IMG/VR virus record: IMGVR_UViG_2706796489_000001
Coordinates: 1-64,000 of that record
Strand: one strand, 5' to 3'
DNA length: 64,000 bases
Source: a virus
Taxonomy: Duplodnaviria > Caudoviricetes
The translations under genes and the position numbers were made by a program. The notes beneath the pieces are model-generated. The model ran no database searches. It was not told the DNA's origin and was given only the letters and a program-made list of their open reading frames with translations. Shown here piece after piece: positions 17,616 to 28,300 of the stretch; within the stretch, counting starts at the first letter, position 1; every line of letters starts with the position of its first letter.

Positions 17616-20600
17616 ATGGCGACTAAATCCCAGGTTGATCAAGGCCAAGTTGATCTCAACATCAATCAACAGGTCTTCGATGATGTAAGGAAGCTGGAGT
17701 CGAGCCTTCAAGGTGTACTGAAGGTCTTGAACTCGGTAAGCTCGGGCTTCAAGGGAATGTCTATTCCCGGAGTCTCCAGCACGAGCACCAGCAACGCCAA
17801 CCTGGGTAGCCAGATCGCCGTCTTGACCCGCGATGTTCGCTCTCTCCTGGCTGCTGCGAAGCAGTCGGGAGCGATCTCGCAGACCGGCGTTCCTGCGGCC
17901 TACAGCTCGGCCGTGAACCAAGGCCGCGTGCAAGGTGCATCGCAAGCCGCAAGGTTCTCGAACAACCGCGTGGAGCTGGAGCTGGCCAATGCTCAGGTCA
18001 AGGCCGCAGAACGCCGCTTCGAGATCCTGAAATCCCAGGACGTGCTGGAAGAGGCGCAGCGCCGCCGCACCGTCACCAGCATCGGCATGCAGACGCAGGC
18101 TCGCAAAGAGCTTGCGAACATGGACAAGGCCCAGGCCGAGTATTCCAAAGCCCTGCTGGCCAACGACGAGCAGGCGGCACGCCTGGCAAAGCAAGAGCTG
18201 GTCTCCGGCCGGCAGCGTCTCGACCAGCTGGAAACCGAGCTGAAGCTGCGCCAGGCTGGCGCCCGCGTGCGCCTGGCCAACGCCATGGACGGCGGCACCC
18301 GCGCCCAGGTGAACACGGCCGACTTGCAGCTCAAGGCCGTCAACGAGTCCATGGCGCAGATGCGCGCCGCGCAGCGCGAGCAAGACCGCATGATGCGCGC
18401 CTCGGAGCAAGCGGCCGAGGCCCAGCGCCGCCAGAATACGGCCCGTGCGGCCCGTGAGAGCGCCCAGGCCGAGCGCTACGCGGCTTCCTATGGTCCGACC
18501 AACCAGACGCGCCAGCAGGCCCAGGATCGTGAGGCGGCACGCGCCCAGTCCGATGCCTACCGGCCGGCGCGCCTGGCCGCGACCCAGACCCAGCTGCTGG
18601 CCAACTACACGGCCACGCGGGCGGTGATGGACTCCATGCGCGCTGGCATCCAGTTCACGCTTCAGTACGAAGAAGAGCTGATGCACTTGCGCACGATCAC
18701 GAAGGCCACCGATGACCAGATGCGTGGTCTCCAGAGCACGATTGAAGCGGTGTCCAATACGACTCGCTACAGCGCCGATGACTTGACCAACGCCGCTGCG
18801 GCGTTGTCCGAGACGGGCGTGACCATCAATCAGATGGGCGGAAGCTTGAAGGCTGTATCTGACCTGGCCACGGCTACGGGCGCAGGCTTCACGATGGCGG
18901 TGAACACCGTGACGGGTTCGCTCGGCGCGTTCAAGATGTCGGCCAACGACACCGTGGACGTGGCCAACATGATCGCTCAAGCGGTCAACTCGTCTCGCCT
19001 GACGATGGACAAGCTGAAGACTTCCATCGAAACGGCGGGCGAGACGGCCAGTCAAGCCGGCGTGTCCTTCAAAGAATTCCTGGCCGCAGCTGCAACCATC
19101 GCTGATAGCGGCACCGGCACCGGCCAGACGCTGGGCAACGGTATGCGCCAGCTGCTTCTGGATCTGGAGAACCCCAGCAAGGGTCTGAAGGACGCGCTCT
19201 CGCGCCTTGGCCTGGTGGAAGAAGACATCAACGTCAAGACTCAAGGTCTCTATGGCGCGTTGATGAACCTGAAGACCGCAGGCTTCACGGCCAGCGATGC
19301 GATGAACGTGTTCGAAGCGCGTTCGTCCTCGGCGTTCAACGCGCTGACTTCGAATCTTCAAAAGATGGAGAGCTTCCAAGAATCTCTCTTGAACACCGAC
19401 GCTGCAACCCGCGCCAACGCCGACCAGATGGAAACGCTGGGCGCGCAGTACGACCGTGTGCGCAACCAGACCAACCTCCTGGTGAGCGAAGGCCTGAAGC
19501 CCATGGCTGCGGTCTTGACCAACGTGTTCGAAGCGGTGGCCAATGGTGAAGGCAAGTTGAAGGAGTTCTCGGCCGTCGTTCAAGCCATCGGCGCGCTGTT
19601 GACTGGTGGCGCGTTCGCCGTTGGTCTGAGCTGGGCGGCGAAGCTGATGGGAGGCCTGGCTGCGCTCACCTTCACGTCGGGCGGCGTGGCAGCGCGGATG
19701 CTGTCGGCCGCGACCTGGGCCGCAGCTGCTGGTCCCATCGGTCTGTACGTCGGAGCCGTCGCTGCGGCGGCTGGTGGCCTGGCCTACCTGATCTCGCAGC
19801 TGACCAAGACCGAAGATGCATTCGAGAAGCAACGCACGAAGGTGAACGAGTCCAAGGCGGCGCTGCAAGAGAGCACGCAAGCCTATGACACCATCGGTCG
19901 CCGGATCTCCAACGTGCAAGACAAGATGATCGCCATGAACCGCGACACGTCCGGCGCGATGCTGCGCCGTGAAGTGAACGACGTGGCCAAGCAATTCGAA
20001 GAGTACGGTGTGACGCTGGATCGCAGCGCGATCAAGAAGACCGAAGATCTCATCGACGCGCTGCAACGCCTGCGCAACGAGCTGGGCAAGCGCTACTCCA
20101 TCGACGCCAGCATTCTGGCCAACGACATGGAGACGCTGGCCATCCGAGCTGGTGACAAGGCGGGTGAAGTCTCTCGCGGCGTGAAGGGTCGTCCTTTCAT
20201 GTCGGGGAATGTAGATCGAGCCTTGGCCCTTCCTGGCCTCTACTCGGGCTACAGCAACTTCGACTTCTTCACTGGCGCGGCGAGCCGCAATGGTCGTCGT
20301 CTCGGCACGACCCTGACGGGCGCTCAGTCGTCCGGCTTCCTGCCGATTGAAGAGCAGTTGAGCACGGCCAACGTCGCGCAGATCGTGCAGTACCTGCGCG
20401 ACTCGGGCGTCAACGGCGCTGCTGGTGCCGGCGCGGGTCTGCTGGAGGCCTTCGGCCTGAACGGCAAGAAGGCTCCCAACGATGTGAACTCTATTGGCCA
20501 GTCCATCTCTGCCTTCAGCGATCTTCGCCGCATGGCCACGTTGCAGCGCTCGCAGTCGTCCGAGGGTTCGGCCGATTACCGCCGCGCTGAAGCCGTGATC

Positions 20601-23099
20601 CAGCTGGCCGAGAACATGAACGCCAGCCTGACCAAGGTTCAACAAGCCGTCTTGGAGCAAGAGAAGGCGACTCGTGATGCTGACCAGGCGCGCAAGACGG
20701 AAGCTTCGGCGCAGTATCGCCAAAGCCCGGAAGCGCAGGCGATGGCCAAGGAAGTGAGCGACGTGGTCAAGACGGTCAACACCGCCATGGCCTCCCGCGC
20801 CAGCAGCCCCACGCAGTCGTTCGAAGCGCTGTGGAACGCGGTCAAGCAAGCCGAGAGCGGTGGTCGTCAGTTCGGCAGCGATGGCAAGCCCCTGACCAGC
20901 TCCAAGGGCGCGGTCGGTGTCTCGCAAATGCTGGAGACCACCGGCCCTGAAGCTGCACGCTTGGCTGGTGTCGAGTGGAACAAAGAGTCGTTCTACAACG
21001 ATTCCAACTACAACGAGAAGCTGGGAAGGGCGTACCTTCAATCTTTGCTGTCTCGCTACAGTGGCAACCAGATGCTGGCCACGTCGGCCTACAACTGGGG
21101 CATGGGCAACGTTGACCAGCTGATCGGCAAGGGTGATCCCCGCGTGCCTGGCTCTGGCGTGACCTCGACCGACTTCATGATGAAGCTGCCGGCTGAGACC
21201 CGCAACTACAACCAGTCCGTTGGCACGGCCGACTACGCCTCTGGTCTGGGCGTCTATGGCGCCTACAACCAGCTCATGGCCAACAAGGACATGGCGGCGG
21301 CGCGCACGCTGGCCGGCAACAAGCTGCGCGAGCTGACCACGGCGCTGGAAGCCGCAACGAAGTCGGGCAACGACAGCGTGGTGGACTCCTTGAACGAGCA
21401 GATCAAGGCCGTCAACGAGGCCAAGAGCGGTATCGACAAGGTGTATGCCGGCTCTCGTGCTGCGGCCGAGCAGGCCATCGGCCGCACGTCGCAGGCTCGC
21501 CAGCGCAGCTACGCGGATCAGATCGAAGCCGAGCGCCGCCAGCTGGCCGACGAGAAAGATCCTGAAGTGGTCAAGGCCGCGTTTGAGCGCATCAAGGCGC
21601 TCACCAACATGACCTACGAAACGCGCATTCAGGCACTCAAGGACACCAACGAGGCGAAGTTCAACCCGGCCACCGGCACGACCGAGTACACGCAGGACAT
21701 CAACGATCAGTTGCTGTCTCTTCAACAGCAATGGGAAGCCGAGATCGCTAAGGAAACGGCCAACCAGAAGCATGAGATGGAGAACCGCTACAAGATCATC
21801 GGTGACAACCAGCTGTCTACGCGCATGAAGACCGAGAACGTCGATTTCAAGAACCTCATTCAACGCCTGGAAGCCAGCCGCAAAGGCATCAACAAGAACC
21901 TGGCTTCGGACTTGAACGACGCCGAAATCAACTCTGGCCTGCGTGGGTTCCAACGCGACCAGCAGCTCATGAGTGACCCCCGCTACGCTTCGCGCTACAG
22001 CGCTGCGCAGCGCGAGTACATGAGCCGTTCTATGGCTGATGCGCAAGACGTGACGAACAAGGCTCAGTATGAAGCCGTGACGGCGCGCCTGCGCGAGATG
22101 GACGCCAACGTGAAGACGTTGCAGAACCTCATCGGCACGTTCGACAAGACCGTCGGTAGCGACCAGGATGGTCCCCTGTACGCCCAGCGTGACCAGTACG
22201 GCGAGAACACCAAGGAATATCAACGCCTGACCAAGGAGATCGACGCTGCCAATTCGCAACGTCAAACCGCGACCGAGAAGTTGAACTCGCTGGAGACGGA
22301 TCGAGTGGCGATCCTGCAACAGCAAAAGGATCTGTACGAGAAGATCAGCCAGGTGCCGCCGCGTCCCGCCAACTTCACTGAAGGCGTGGACATGGTGAAC
22401 AAGAACTTCTTGAACAAGAACGATCCTACCGAGCAGGCCATCGCCGGCTACGGCAGCATGATCGACACCAGCAAGAACTCGCTGGCCACGTTCCTGAGCG
22501 ACATCGCCACGCGCTCCAAGACGGCCGGGGATGCCTTCAAGGACTTCGGCCGCAGCGTGGCAAAGTCTTTGCTCGACATCGCCACCCAGTACCTGGCCAT
22601 GGGCGCGATTCGAGGCCTGCTGTCGCTGGTGGGATCGGTCGCTGGCGCTGCTGGAGGGGCCGCAGGCGCGTCCGCAGGGGCAGGGGATGTCATGACCCCG
22701 ACCACGACGGGTTTTGCGAACATGGGCGGCATGGCGCGGGCTGGCAGCATCCACCGTTTCGCAGGCGGCGGCATGGTCCCGGGAGGCCTGGCCCGCGACT
22801 CGGTGCATGCCCTGCTGCGACCGGGCGAGATGGTCATGAACACCGAGGCGGTCTCGGCGGTCGGTGCGGGATACCTGGCTGACCTGAACACGGCCGGCCG
22901 GCGCGAGATCCAGGACTCGGCCCCGCCGCGCATGCCCAGCCAGCAGCGTGAAGCGGACATGACCAACGTCTACGTGGTGGCGCCTGACCACCAGCCGACG
23001 ATGGGTCCGAAAGACGTGCTCGTTACGATACAAGATGATATCTTGCGGAACGGCTTCACCAAGAAACTCATTAAGCAAGTGGCAATGGGGCAAACCTAA
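17616..23099 (+). CDS. tape measure protein with an internal lytic transglycosylase domain
   Basis: 1827-aa helical protein; TMP core (T.YSA.D...A...L...G); SLT motifs AVKQAESGG, KGAVGVSQM and AYNWGMGNV at about 20820..21220. Confidence 0.93.
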   Translation: MATKSQVDQGQVDLNINQQVFDDVRKLESSLQGVLKVLNSVSSGFKGMSIPGVSSTSTSNANLGSQIAVLTRDVRSLLAAAKQSGAISQTGVPAAYSSAVNQGRVQGASQAARFSNNRVELELANAQVKAAERRFEILKSQDVLEEAQRRRTVTSIGMQTQARKELANMDKAQAEYSKALLANDEQAARLAKQELVSGRQRLDQLETELKLRQAGARVRLANAMDGGTRAQVNTADLQLKAVNESMAQMRAAQREQDRMMRASEQAAEAQRRQNTARAARESAQAERYAASYGPTNQTRQQAQDREAARAQSDAYRPARLAATQTQLLANYTATRAVMDSMRAGIQFTLQYEEELMHLRTITKATDDQMRGLQSTIEAVSNTTRYSADDLTNAAAALSETGVTINQMGGSLKAVSDLATATGAGFTMAVNTVTGSLGAFKMSANDTVDVANMIAQAVNSSRLTMDKLKTSIETAGETASQAGVSFKEFLAAAATIADSGTGTGQTLGNGMRQLLLDLENPSKGLKDALSRLGLVEEDINVKTQGLYGALMNLKTAGFTASDAMNVFEARSSSAFNALTSNLQKMESFQESLLNTDAATRANADQMETLGAQYDRVRNQTNLLVSEGLKPMAAVLTNVFEAVANGEGKLKEFSAVVQAIGALLTGGAFAVGLSWAAKLMGGLAALTFTSGGVAARMLSAATWAAAAGPIGLYVGAVAAAAGGLAYLISQLTKTEDAFEKQRTKVNESKAALQESTQAYDTIGRRISNVQDKMIAMNRDTSGAMLRREVNDVAKQFEEYGVTLDRSAIKKTEDLIDALQRLRNELGKRYSIDASILANDMETLAIRAGDKAGEVSRGVKGRPFMSGNVDRALALPGLYSGYSNFDFFTGAASRNGRRLGTTLTGAQSSGFLPIEEQLSTANVAQIVQYLRDSGVNGAAGAGAGLLEAFGLNGKKAPNDVNSIGQSISAFSDLRRMATLQRSQSSEGSADYRRAEAVIQLAENMNASLTKVQQAVLEQEKATRDADQARKTEASAQYRQSPEAQAMAKEVSDVVKTVNTAMASRASSPTQSFEALWNAVKQAESGGRQFGSDGKPLTSSKGAVGVSQMLETTGPEAARLAGVEWNKESFYNDSNYNEKLGRAYLQSLLSRYSGNQMLATSAYNWGMGNVDQLIGKGDPRVPGSGVTSTDFMMKLPAETRNYNQSVGTADYASGLGVYGAYNQLMANKDMAAARTLAGNKLRELTTALEAATKSGNDSVVDSLNEQIKAVNEAKSGIDKVYAGSRAAAEQAIGRTSQARQRSYADQIEAERRQLADEKDPEVVKAAFERIKALTNMTYETRIQALKDTNEAKFNPATGTTEYTQDINDQLLSLQQQWEAEIAKETANQKHEMENRYKIIGDNQLSTRMKTENVDFKNLIQRLEASRKGINKNLASDLNDAEINSGLRGFQRDQQLMSDPRYASRYSAAQREYMSRSMADAQDVTNKAQYEAVTARLREMDANVKTLQNLIGTFDKTVGSDQDGPLYAQRDQYGENTKEYQRLTKEIDAANSQRQTATEKLNSLETDRVAILQQQKDLYEKISQVPPRPANFTEGVDMVNKNFLNKNDPTEQAIAGYGSMIDTSKNSLATFLSDIATRSKTAGDAFKDFGRSVAKSLLDIATQYLAMGAIRGLLSLVGSVAGAAGGAAGASAGAGDVMTPTTTGFANMGGMARAGSIHRFAGGGMVPGGLARDSVHALLRPGEMVMNTEAVSAVGAGYLADLNTAGRREIQDSAPPRMPSQQREADMTNVYVVAPDHQPTMGPKDVLVTIQDDILRNGFTKKLIKQVAMGQT

Positions 23100-23494
23100 T
23101 GGCTATCGTAGAATCAACCTTCAACTTTCCCGTCCATACTGTGGGCGAGAAATATTCCGAGAGTGGCACTCGCGTCAAGCTGGGGAACTCGTACCAGTTT
23201 GACTCGCCTCCTGTCGGTCCTGATCAACGCATCTTCACCCTGAACTTCGAGTCGATGATCCGACTGCTGGATGAAACCGGCCAGATGGACACGACCACGA
23301 TGCGAGAGGTGAACGCAGGCGCGCTGCTGGTCTTCTACGAAACCCACCGCCTGTATAAGCCGTTCTACTACCCCCACCCATGGCTGGGAACCATCATCGT
23401 CAAATTCAATACGCCTCTCGATCTGCCCAAGGGCATCAAGAACGGCGGTGGCTGGTGCGAGGCTTTCAGCGTAGAGCTGATTGAACAGCCGTGA
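23099..23494 (+). CDS. distal tail protein (lambda gpM-like)
   Basis: 131 aa after the TMP; FYETHRLYKPFYY motif resembles gpM/Dit. Confidence 0.7.
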   Translation: MAIVESTFNFPVHTVGEKYSESGTRVKLGNSYQFDSPPVGPDQRIFTLNFESMIRLLDETGQMDTTTMREVNAGALLVFYETHRLYKPFYYPHPWLGTIIVKFNTPLDLPKGIKNGGGWCEAFSVELIEQP

Positions 23495-23988
23495 GGAACA
23501 ATCTTCCGTCCACCCACGTTAAGGATGCCTTCGAGCTTACGCCGGAGTCTCAGGTAGATCTCATCATGATCGAACTGAACTTGAACGGCGGTGGCCAGAT
23601 CATCTGCATCACAAGCCGCCAGGAATTCACCTGGCAAGGTCGCAAGTACGAGTTCCTTCCGAATGCGATTGCTGGTGAAGGCGTCAGCACCCAGGGTGAG
23701 GCCAAGCGGCCGAAGTTCACCGTGGCCAACCCTGACGGAGCCTTCTCGGCGTTCGTCGCGCAGGGCAAGATGGACGGGGCCACCATCACGCGCTACCGCG
23801 TCAGCCTGGCGGACATCACCAACAACATCAACCGATTCCAGATGAACCGTTGGCGCGTGTCCAAGGTGGCATCCATGACCAAATCCATGTTGACGTTCGA
23901 ATTGCGCTCGCCACTGGACGGTCAATTCTTCCTGCTTCCTGCTGAAGCCTTCTATCCCCCGGAGTATCCGCATGTCTCTCTACAGTAA
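23491..23988 (+). CDS. minor tail protein (lambda gpL-like)
   Basis: FTWQGRKYE..P..I.G...STQG...RPKFTVAN; TFELRSPLD. Confidence 0.75.
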   Translation: MRNNLPSTHVKDAFELTPESQVDLIMIELNLNGGGQIICITSRQEFTWQGRKYEFLPNAIAGEGVSTQGEAKRPKFTVANPDGAFSAFVAQGKMDGATITRYRVSLADITNNINRFQMNRWRVSKVASMTKSMLTFELRSPLDGQFFLLPAEAFYPPEYPHVSLQ

Positions 23989-24520
23989 GTACGTCGTCGG
24001 CTTTGAAGGCCGGCCCTATGTTGAGGGACGCTACGACTGCTATGAACTCGTGCGTTCGTGGTTCAACAAGCACTACGACCTCGGCATGGAGAACTACGCC
24101 CGCCCAGACGGCCTGGTGGTTGGTGGTCAGACGGTCTTGTACAAGAACATGGAAGCATTGGGTTTCCACATCGACCAGTCGGCTACGCTCAACCGTCTTC
24201 AGCTGGGGGATGTGCTGATCATGCAGGTCAACACCCGTGGTCCAGATCCCAACCACGTTGGCGTTTACGTTGGCAACGGCTACTTCCTGCATCATATGTA
24301 CGGGCGCAAGTCTGAAGCCGACACGATCACCGAGAAGTGGAAAGGCCGCATCATGGACATCGCCCGTCACCCTGATGTCGTGGAAGTGAATCGTCTGACC
24401 CCCCTCGAAACCGTGAGCATCACCGAGCTGATGCCCCCCAACATGAGAATGCGATATGAAGGAATCCCTGCAAGCATTGTGGAACCCGACGGTGGAACGC
24501 TGCGGCCTAATACTCCGTGA
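23972..24520 (+). CDS. NlpC/P60 tail-tip peptidase (gpK C-terminal-like)
   Basis: YVEGRYDCYELVR (catalytic Cys) and PNHVGVYVGNGYFLHH. Confidence 0.88.
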   Translation: MSLYSKYVVGFEGRPYVEGRYDCYELVRSWFNKHYDLGMENYARPDGLVVGGQTVLYKNMEALGFHIDQSATLNRLQLGDVLIMQVNTRGPDPNHVGVYVGNGYFLHHMYGRKSEADTITEKWKGRIMDIARHPDVVEVNRLTPLETVSITELMPPNMRMRYEGIPASIVEPDGGTLRPNTP

Positions 24521-24803
24521 CGGAACCATCCTTGAATGTCAAAATACGCACGAAGATCCACACATTGGTTTCGAGATCTCGGCCGATGATCTTGTGAAGT
24601 ACGCGAGCCAGGCCGTGGCTACCTGGCACACGCACCCGGCGACCAGTTCGAACCTCAGTCCCGACGATTACGAAGCCTTCCTGGCATGGCCTCAGTTGCG
24701 GCACTACATCATCTCCGAAAAAGACGTGTGGTGCTTTTTTATTAGAAACAACCTGGTGGTGTTATTCGATGAAGAGAATCCATCTGCTTGGGTACTTGAA
24801 TAA
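24456..24803 (+). CDS. JAB/MPN metallopeptidase (gpK N-terminal-like)
   Basis: ERCGLI...WHTHP..SSNLSPDD (JAMM motif). Confidence 0.85.
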   Translation: MKESLQALWNPTVERCGLILRDGTILECQNTHEDPHIGFEISADDLVKYASQAVATWHTHPATSSNLSPDDYEAFLAWPQLRHYIISEKDVWCFFIRNNLVVLFDEENPSAWVLE

Positions 24804-25377
24804 GTTCCATCCTGAACCCATTGAGGTCGAAGCCTCGACTCCTGAAGAAGCCTTGATGTACCTGAAGTACATCCCGGGCCTCGACACCGACACGATGGAA
24901 AAGATCCGTGTGCGCGTGCGTGGTTTCGAGTCTGTGGATGCTCTGCGCGCGCCGACCGACGTGGTGGACCTGTTTGTGGCCCCCACGATGCGCGGGTCTG
25001 GCGCCAAGGCCGGGGGCTTCTTCCAGATCATCGTCGGCATCGTCGTGGTCGTGGTGTCTGCCGTCTTCCAACAATACTACGGGGTGGCGGCGGGCCTGGC
25101 CATGATCGCAGGCGGCGTGATCGCCGTGCTCGCGCCGACGCCCAAGCTCGGGGGAGGGGAGACCGGGCCGGACACCCAGACCTTGTTCCTTCCATCTACC
25201 CAAAATACCGTCAAGATCGGAACTCGAAAGCCGATCTTGTACGGTCGCATCAAGCACTTCGGCCATTATCTGTCGTTCAACGTGGACGCCAAGCGCTACG
25301 ACGACAGCGCCATGAACATCTCCGGTTACTGCAACGGCACCGGAGCCGGTCAAGACTACTATTGCGTGATCAATTAA
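24769..25377 (+). CDS. tail assembly protein (lambda gpI-like)
   Basis: N-terminal beta-grasp-like region, Gly-rich linker, hydrophobic stretch, and G.RKPILYG motif. Confidence 0.8.
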   Translation: MKRIHLLGYLNKFHPEPIEVEASTPEEALMYLKYIPGLDTDTMEKIRVRVRGFESVDALRAPTDVVDLFVAPTMRGSGAKAGGFFQIIVGIVVVVVSAVFQQYYGVAAGLAMIAGGVIAVLAPTPKLGGGETGPDTQTLFLPSTQNTVKIGTRKPILYGRIKHFGHYLSFNVDAKRYDDSAMNISGYCNGTGAGQDYYCVIN

Positions 25378-28300
25378 ATGCACATTGCACCTTTGCGTGG
25401 AGCCGGTGGCGGCGGGGGCGGCAGCAGCTCCAAGTACAAGCGCACCGATGACAACCTCTTCTCCCGAGACACCGTTGAACTGGTCCTCGGGTTGAGCGTT
25501 GGTCCCATTCGTGGCCTGACCCGTGGCATGAAGAGCTTCTACGTTGGCGGCACCCCGCTGATGTCGGAAGGCGGCGACATGAACTTTCAATCTTTCAACC
25601 TGGGCGTCAAGCTCGGGTACGAGAGCGATGGTCCGGTCTCCTACAAGCTGGGTGGCGAATCCTCCAACAAGTCCGTTGGCACGAAGATGATGAGCGGTAC
25701 GTGGATCAGTCGGCAGACCGAGCAGACCGTGCGCGGCGTGATCGACCAGCTCCAGGTTCGCATCAACTTCCAACAGCTGTACCGCACCGACGACAAGGGT
25801 GACTACAACCACACCGCGCAGTTCTACATCCAGTACAAGCCGGCGTCTTCCGGCTGGTGGCAGAACTATGGCGGCGAGATGGTCCAGATCACGGGCAAGA
25901 CCACCTCTGGCTACTACGTGGACTTCGTCTTCGACGTGCCGCGCATCAATGATGACTGGCTCATCCGAGTCATGAAGGTGAACCCGGACAGCACGAACAC
26001 CAACGTGTGCGACATGGCCTGGGACAGCTTTCAAGCTATCACCAAGAGCAATCGTCGCTACAACAAGCTGGCACTGGCCCACATCGTCGCGCTGGCCACC
26101 AGCCAGTTCGGCTCCATCCCCGACTTTGCTGGCGTCTACGATGGTCGCCTCATCCAGATCCCGACGAACTACAACCCTGACACCAGGCTCTACGACGAGA
26201 TCACGCCGTGGAACGGCACGTTCAAAACGGGTTGGACGAACTGCCCGCCGTGGATCTTGTATGACCTGATCATGAATCCCGACTACGGCCTGCGGAAGTA
26301 TTACCCGCAGATCACGGTCAACCGCTTCGACTTTTACGACGCGGCCAAGTGGTGCGATACCTTCGTGCCGAACGGCAAGGGTGGCTATCAGCCGCGCTAC
26401 ACGTTCAACATGGCGCTGCTGGAGGCCAAGGATGGTCTGGAGATGCTGCAATGGATCGCGGGCAGCTTCGGTGCTGTGATCTTCGATGATGCAACCGGCC
26501 AGGTCTATCTGAAAGTGGACAAGTGGGAAGAGCCGAAGATGCTCTTCACGCCGGAGAACGTTGAAGGTGGAGACTTCAACTACAGCTTCACCGACATGAC
26601 CACGCGGTACAACGACTACAAGGTGCAGTTCGTCAACCCGGATCTCGACTGGAACCAGGATCAACGTCGCGTCTACGATCCCACCCACATCGCTTCGCAT
26701 GGCAACATCCCGACCGAGATGGTCATGGTGGGATGCACCGACGAGCATGAAGCGCTGCGCCGTGGTTACTACCGCATGATCACGGCCTTGACCGAAACGT
26801 GCTCGGTCACGTTCAACGTTGCTCGCCTGGGCAAGGTGATCGACCCGTACATGGTCATCGCTATCGCTGACCCGACCCCTGGCTGGTCCGTCAGCGGCCG
26901 GATCAAGGCGTACATGAACAGCTACGTCCAGCTGCGAGATCCGATCTACTTCACGACGGTGCAGAACTACACCATGACCTTGCAGACCGTAGATGGCCTG
27001 GTCAAGGTGGTGGTAAATCCTGAGCGCGTGGGGACGGCTTTCCAGGTCAAGGTGGTGTCGGGCTTTGTGCCGGATGGTCTGCCGGATCGCACGGTGTTCT
27101 CTATCGAGGACAACGGCAACTTCGGCGTGGCCAAGCCCTTCCGGGTAATGGACATCGAGAACATCGAAGGCAGCGCTGATCGCTTCACGATCATGGCCAT
27201 CGAGATCAACCGGAACAAGCAGGCCGGCGCGGACAACTGCACGCCGGTTGGCAGCGTCCAATACTCGTTCAAGAACCCGCTTATCCCTCCACCCCCGATG
27301 AACATTCAGGCGGACTCCGGCACCGAGCAAATGATCATCGCCCAGGATGGTTCCATCATGGCGCGGATCTTCGCGTATTGGGACGCCCCGCCCAACGTGC
27401 TAATCGAGCGCTATGAGATCGAGTGGAAAGAGAGCGATCAATCCACCTGGTATTACACGACCAGTCCCAGCGAAAGCGTGTTCCTTGCACCTTGCAAGAG
27501 CGGCGTGGCTTACGACATCGTGGTCTGGGCTGTGAACTCGTTCGGCAATCGCTCGTCGGCGCTGACGCTGTTCAACTATGTCTGCATCGGCAAGACCGCG
27601 CCCCCGTCGAACGTCAAGAACTTCACGATCCGCCGCCGCACGAATGACATCCTGCTGCAATGGGACGCTATCCCCGACCTCGACCGCAAGGGCTACGAGA
27701 TCCGCATTGGCACGACGTGGGAGACCGCGACCGTGCTGGTGACGGACTACTCCGCTACGCAGTTCGCATGGACGACGACTGAAGGCGGAAGCTACTCGTT
27801 CTTGATCAGTGCCATCGACTCGTCGGGTAACTACTCGCTGCTGCCCACGCTGCAAACGATCTACATTCAAGGGCCGAGCGCGGTCACAGGTGTCATCGCC
27901 ATCCAGTCGAACAACCGCATCGAGCTGCGCTGGACGCCGAACCCTGAAGACAACATCTTGGAATACGAGATCCGGGAGGGTGGCGCGTGGGGTACTGCGG
28001 TGTTCCTGGCCAAGGTCAAGTCCACCGGCTACAGCGTCACGGCCGGTTCCGCTGGCACGCGGATGTTCTGGATCAAGGCCATTGCCTCGCCTGGCGTCTA
28101 CTCCGAACGTGCATCGTTCGTGACGACCGACGTAGCCCAGCTGGACGACACCAACATCATCTACACGACGGACGAAGTGGCCAATGGCTTCCTCGGTTCG
28201 CGCTACAACATGGTGGTGGTCGGCGGCGAGCTGCGAATGGACAGCGGCCGGCAGCGTTCCGAGTACATCTTCCCGGTCACGCTACCCACGCGCTTCCGGG

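Noticed and set aside
17475-23093. Very long antisense ORFs (1872 aa opposite the tape measure; others opposite the primase, portal, capsid, gpJ-like, ligase and polymerase genes)
   Set aside because: Shadow frames produced by high-GC codon bias; they have no motifs, RBS or operon logic
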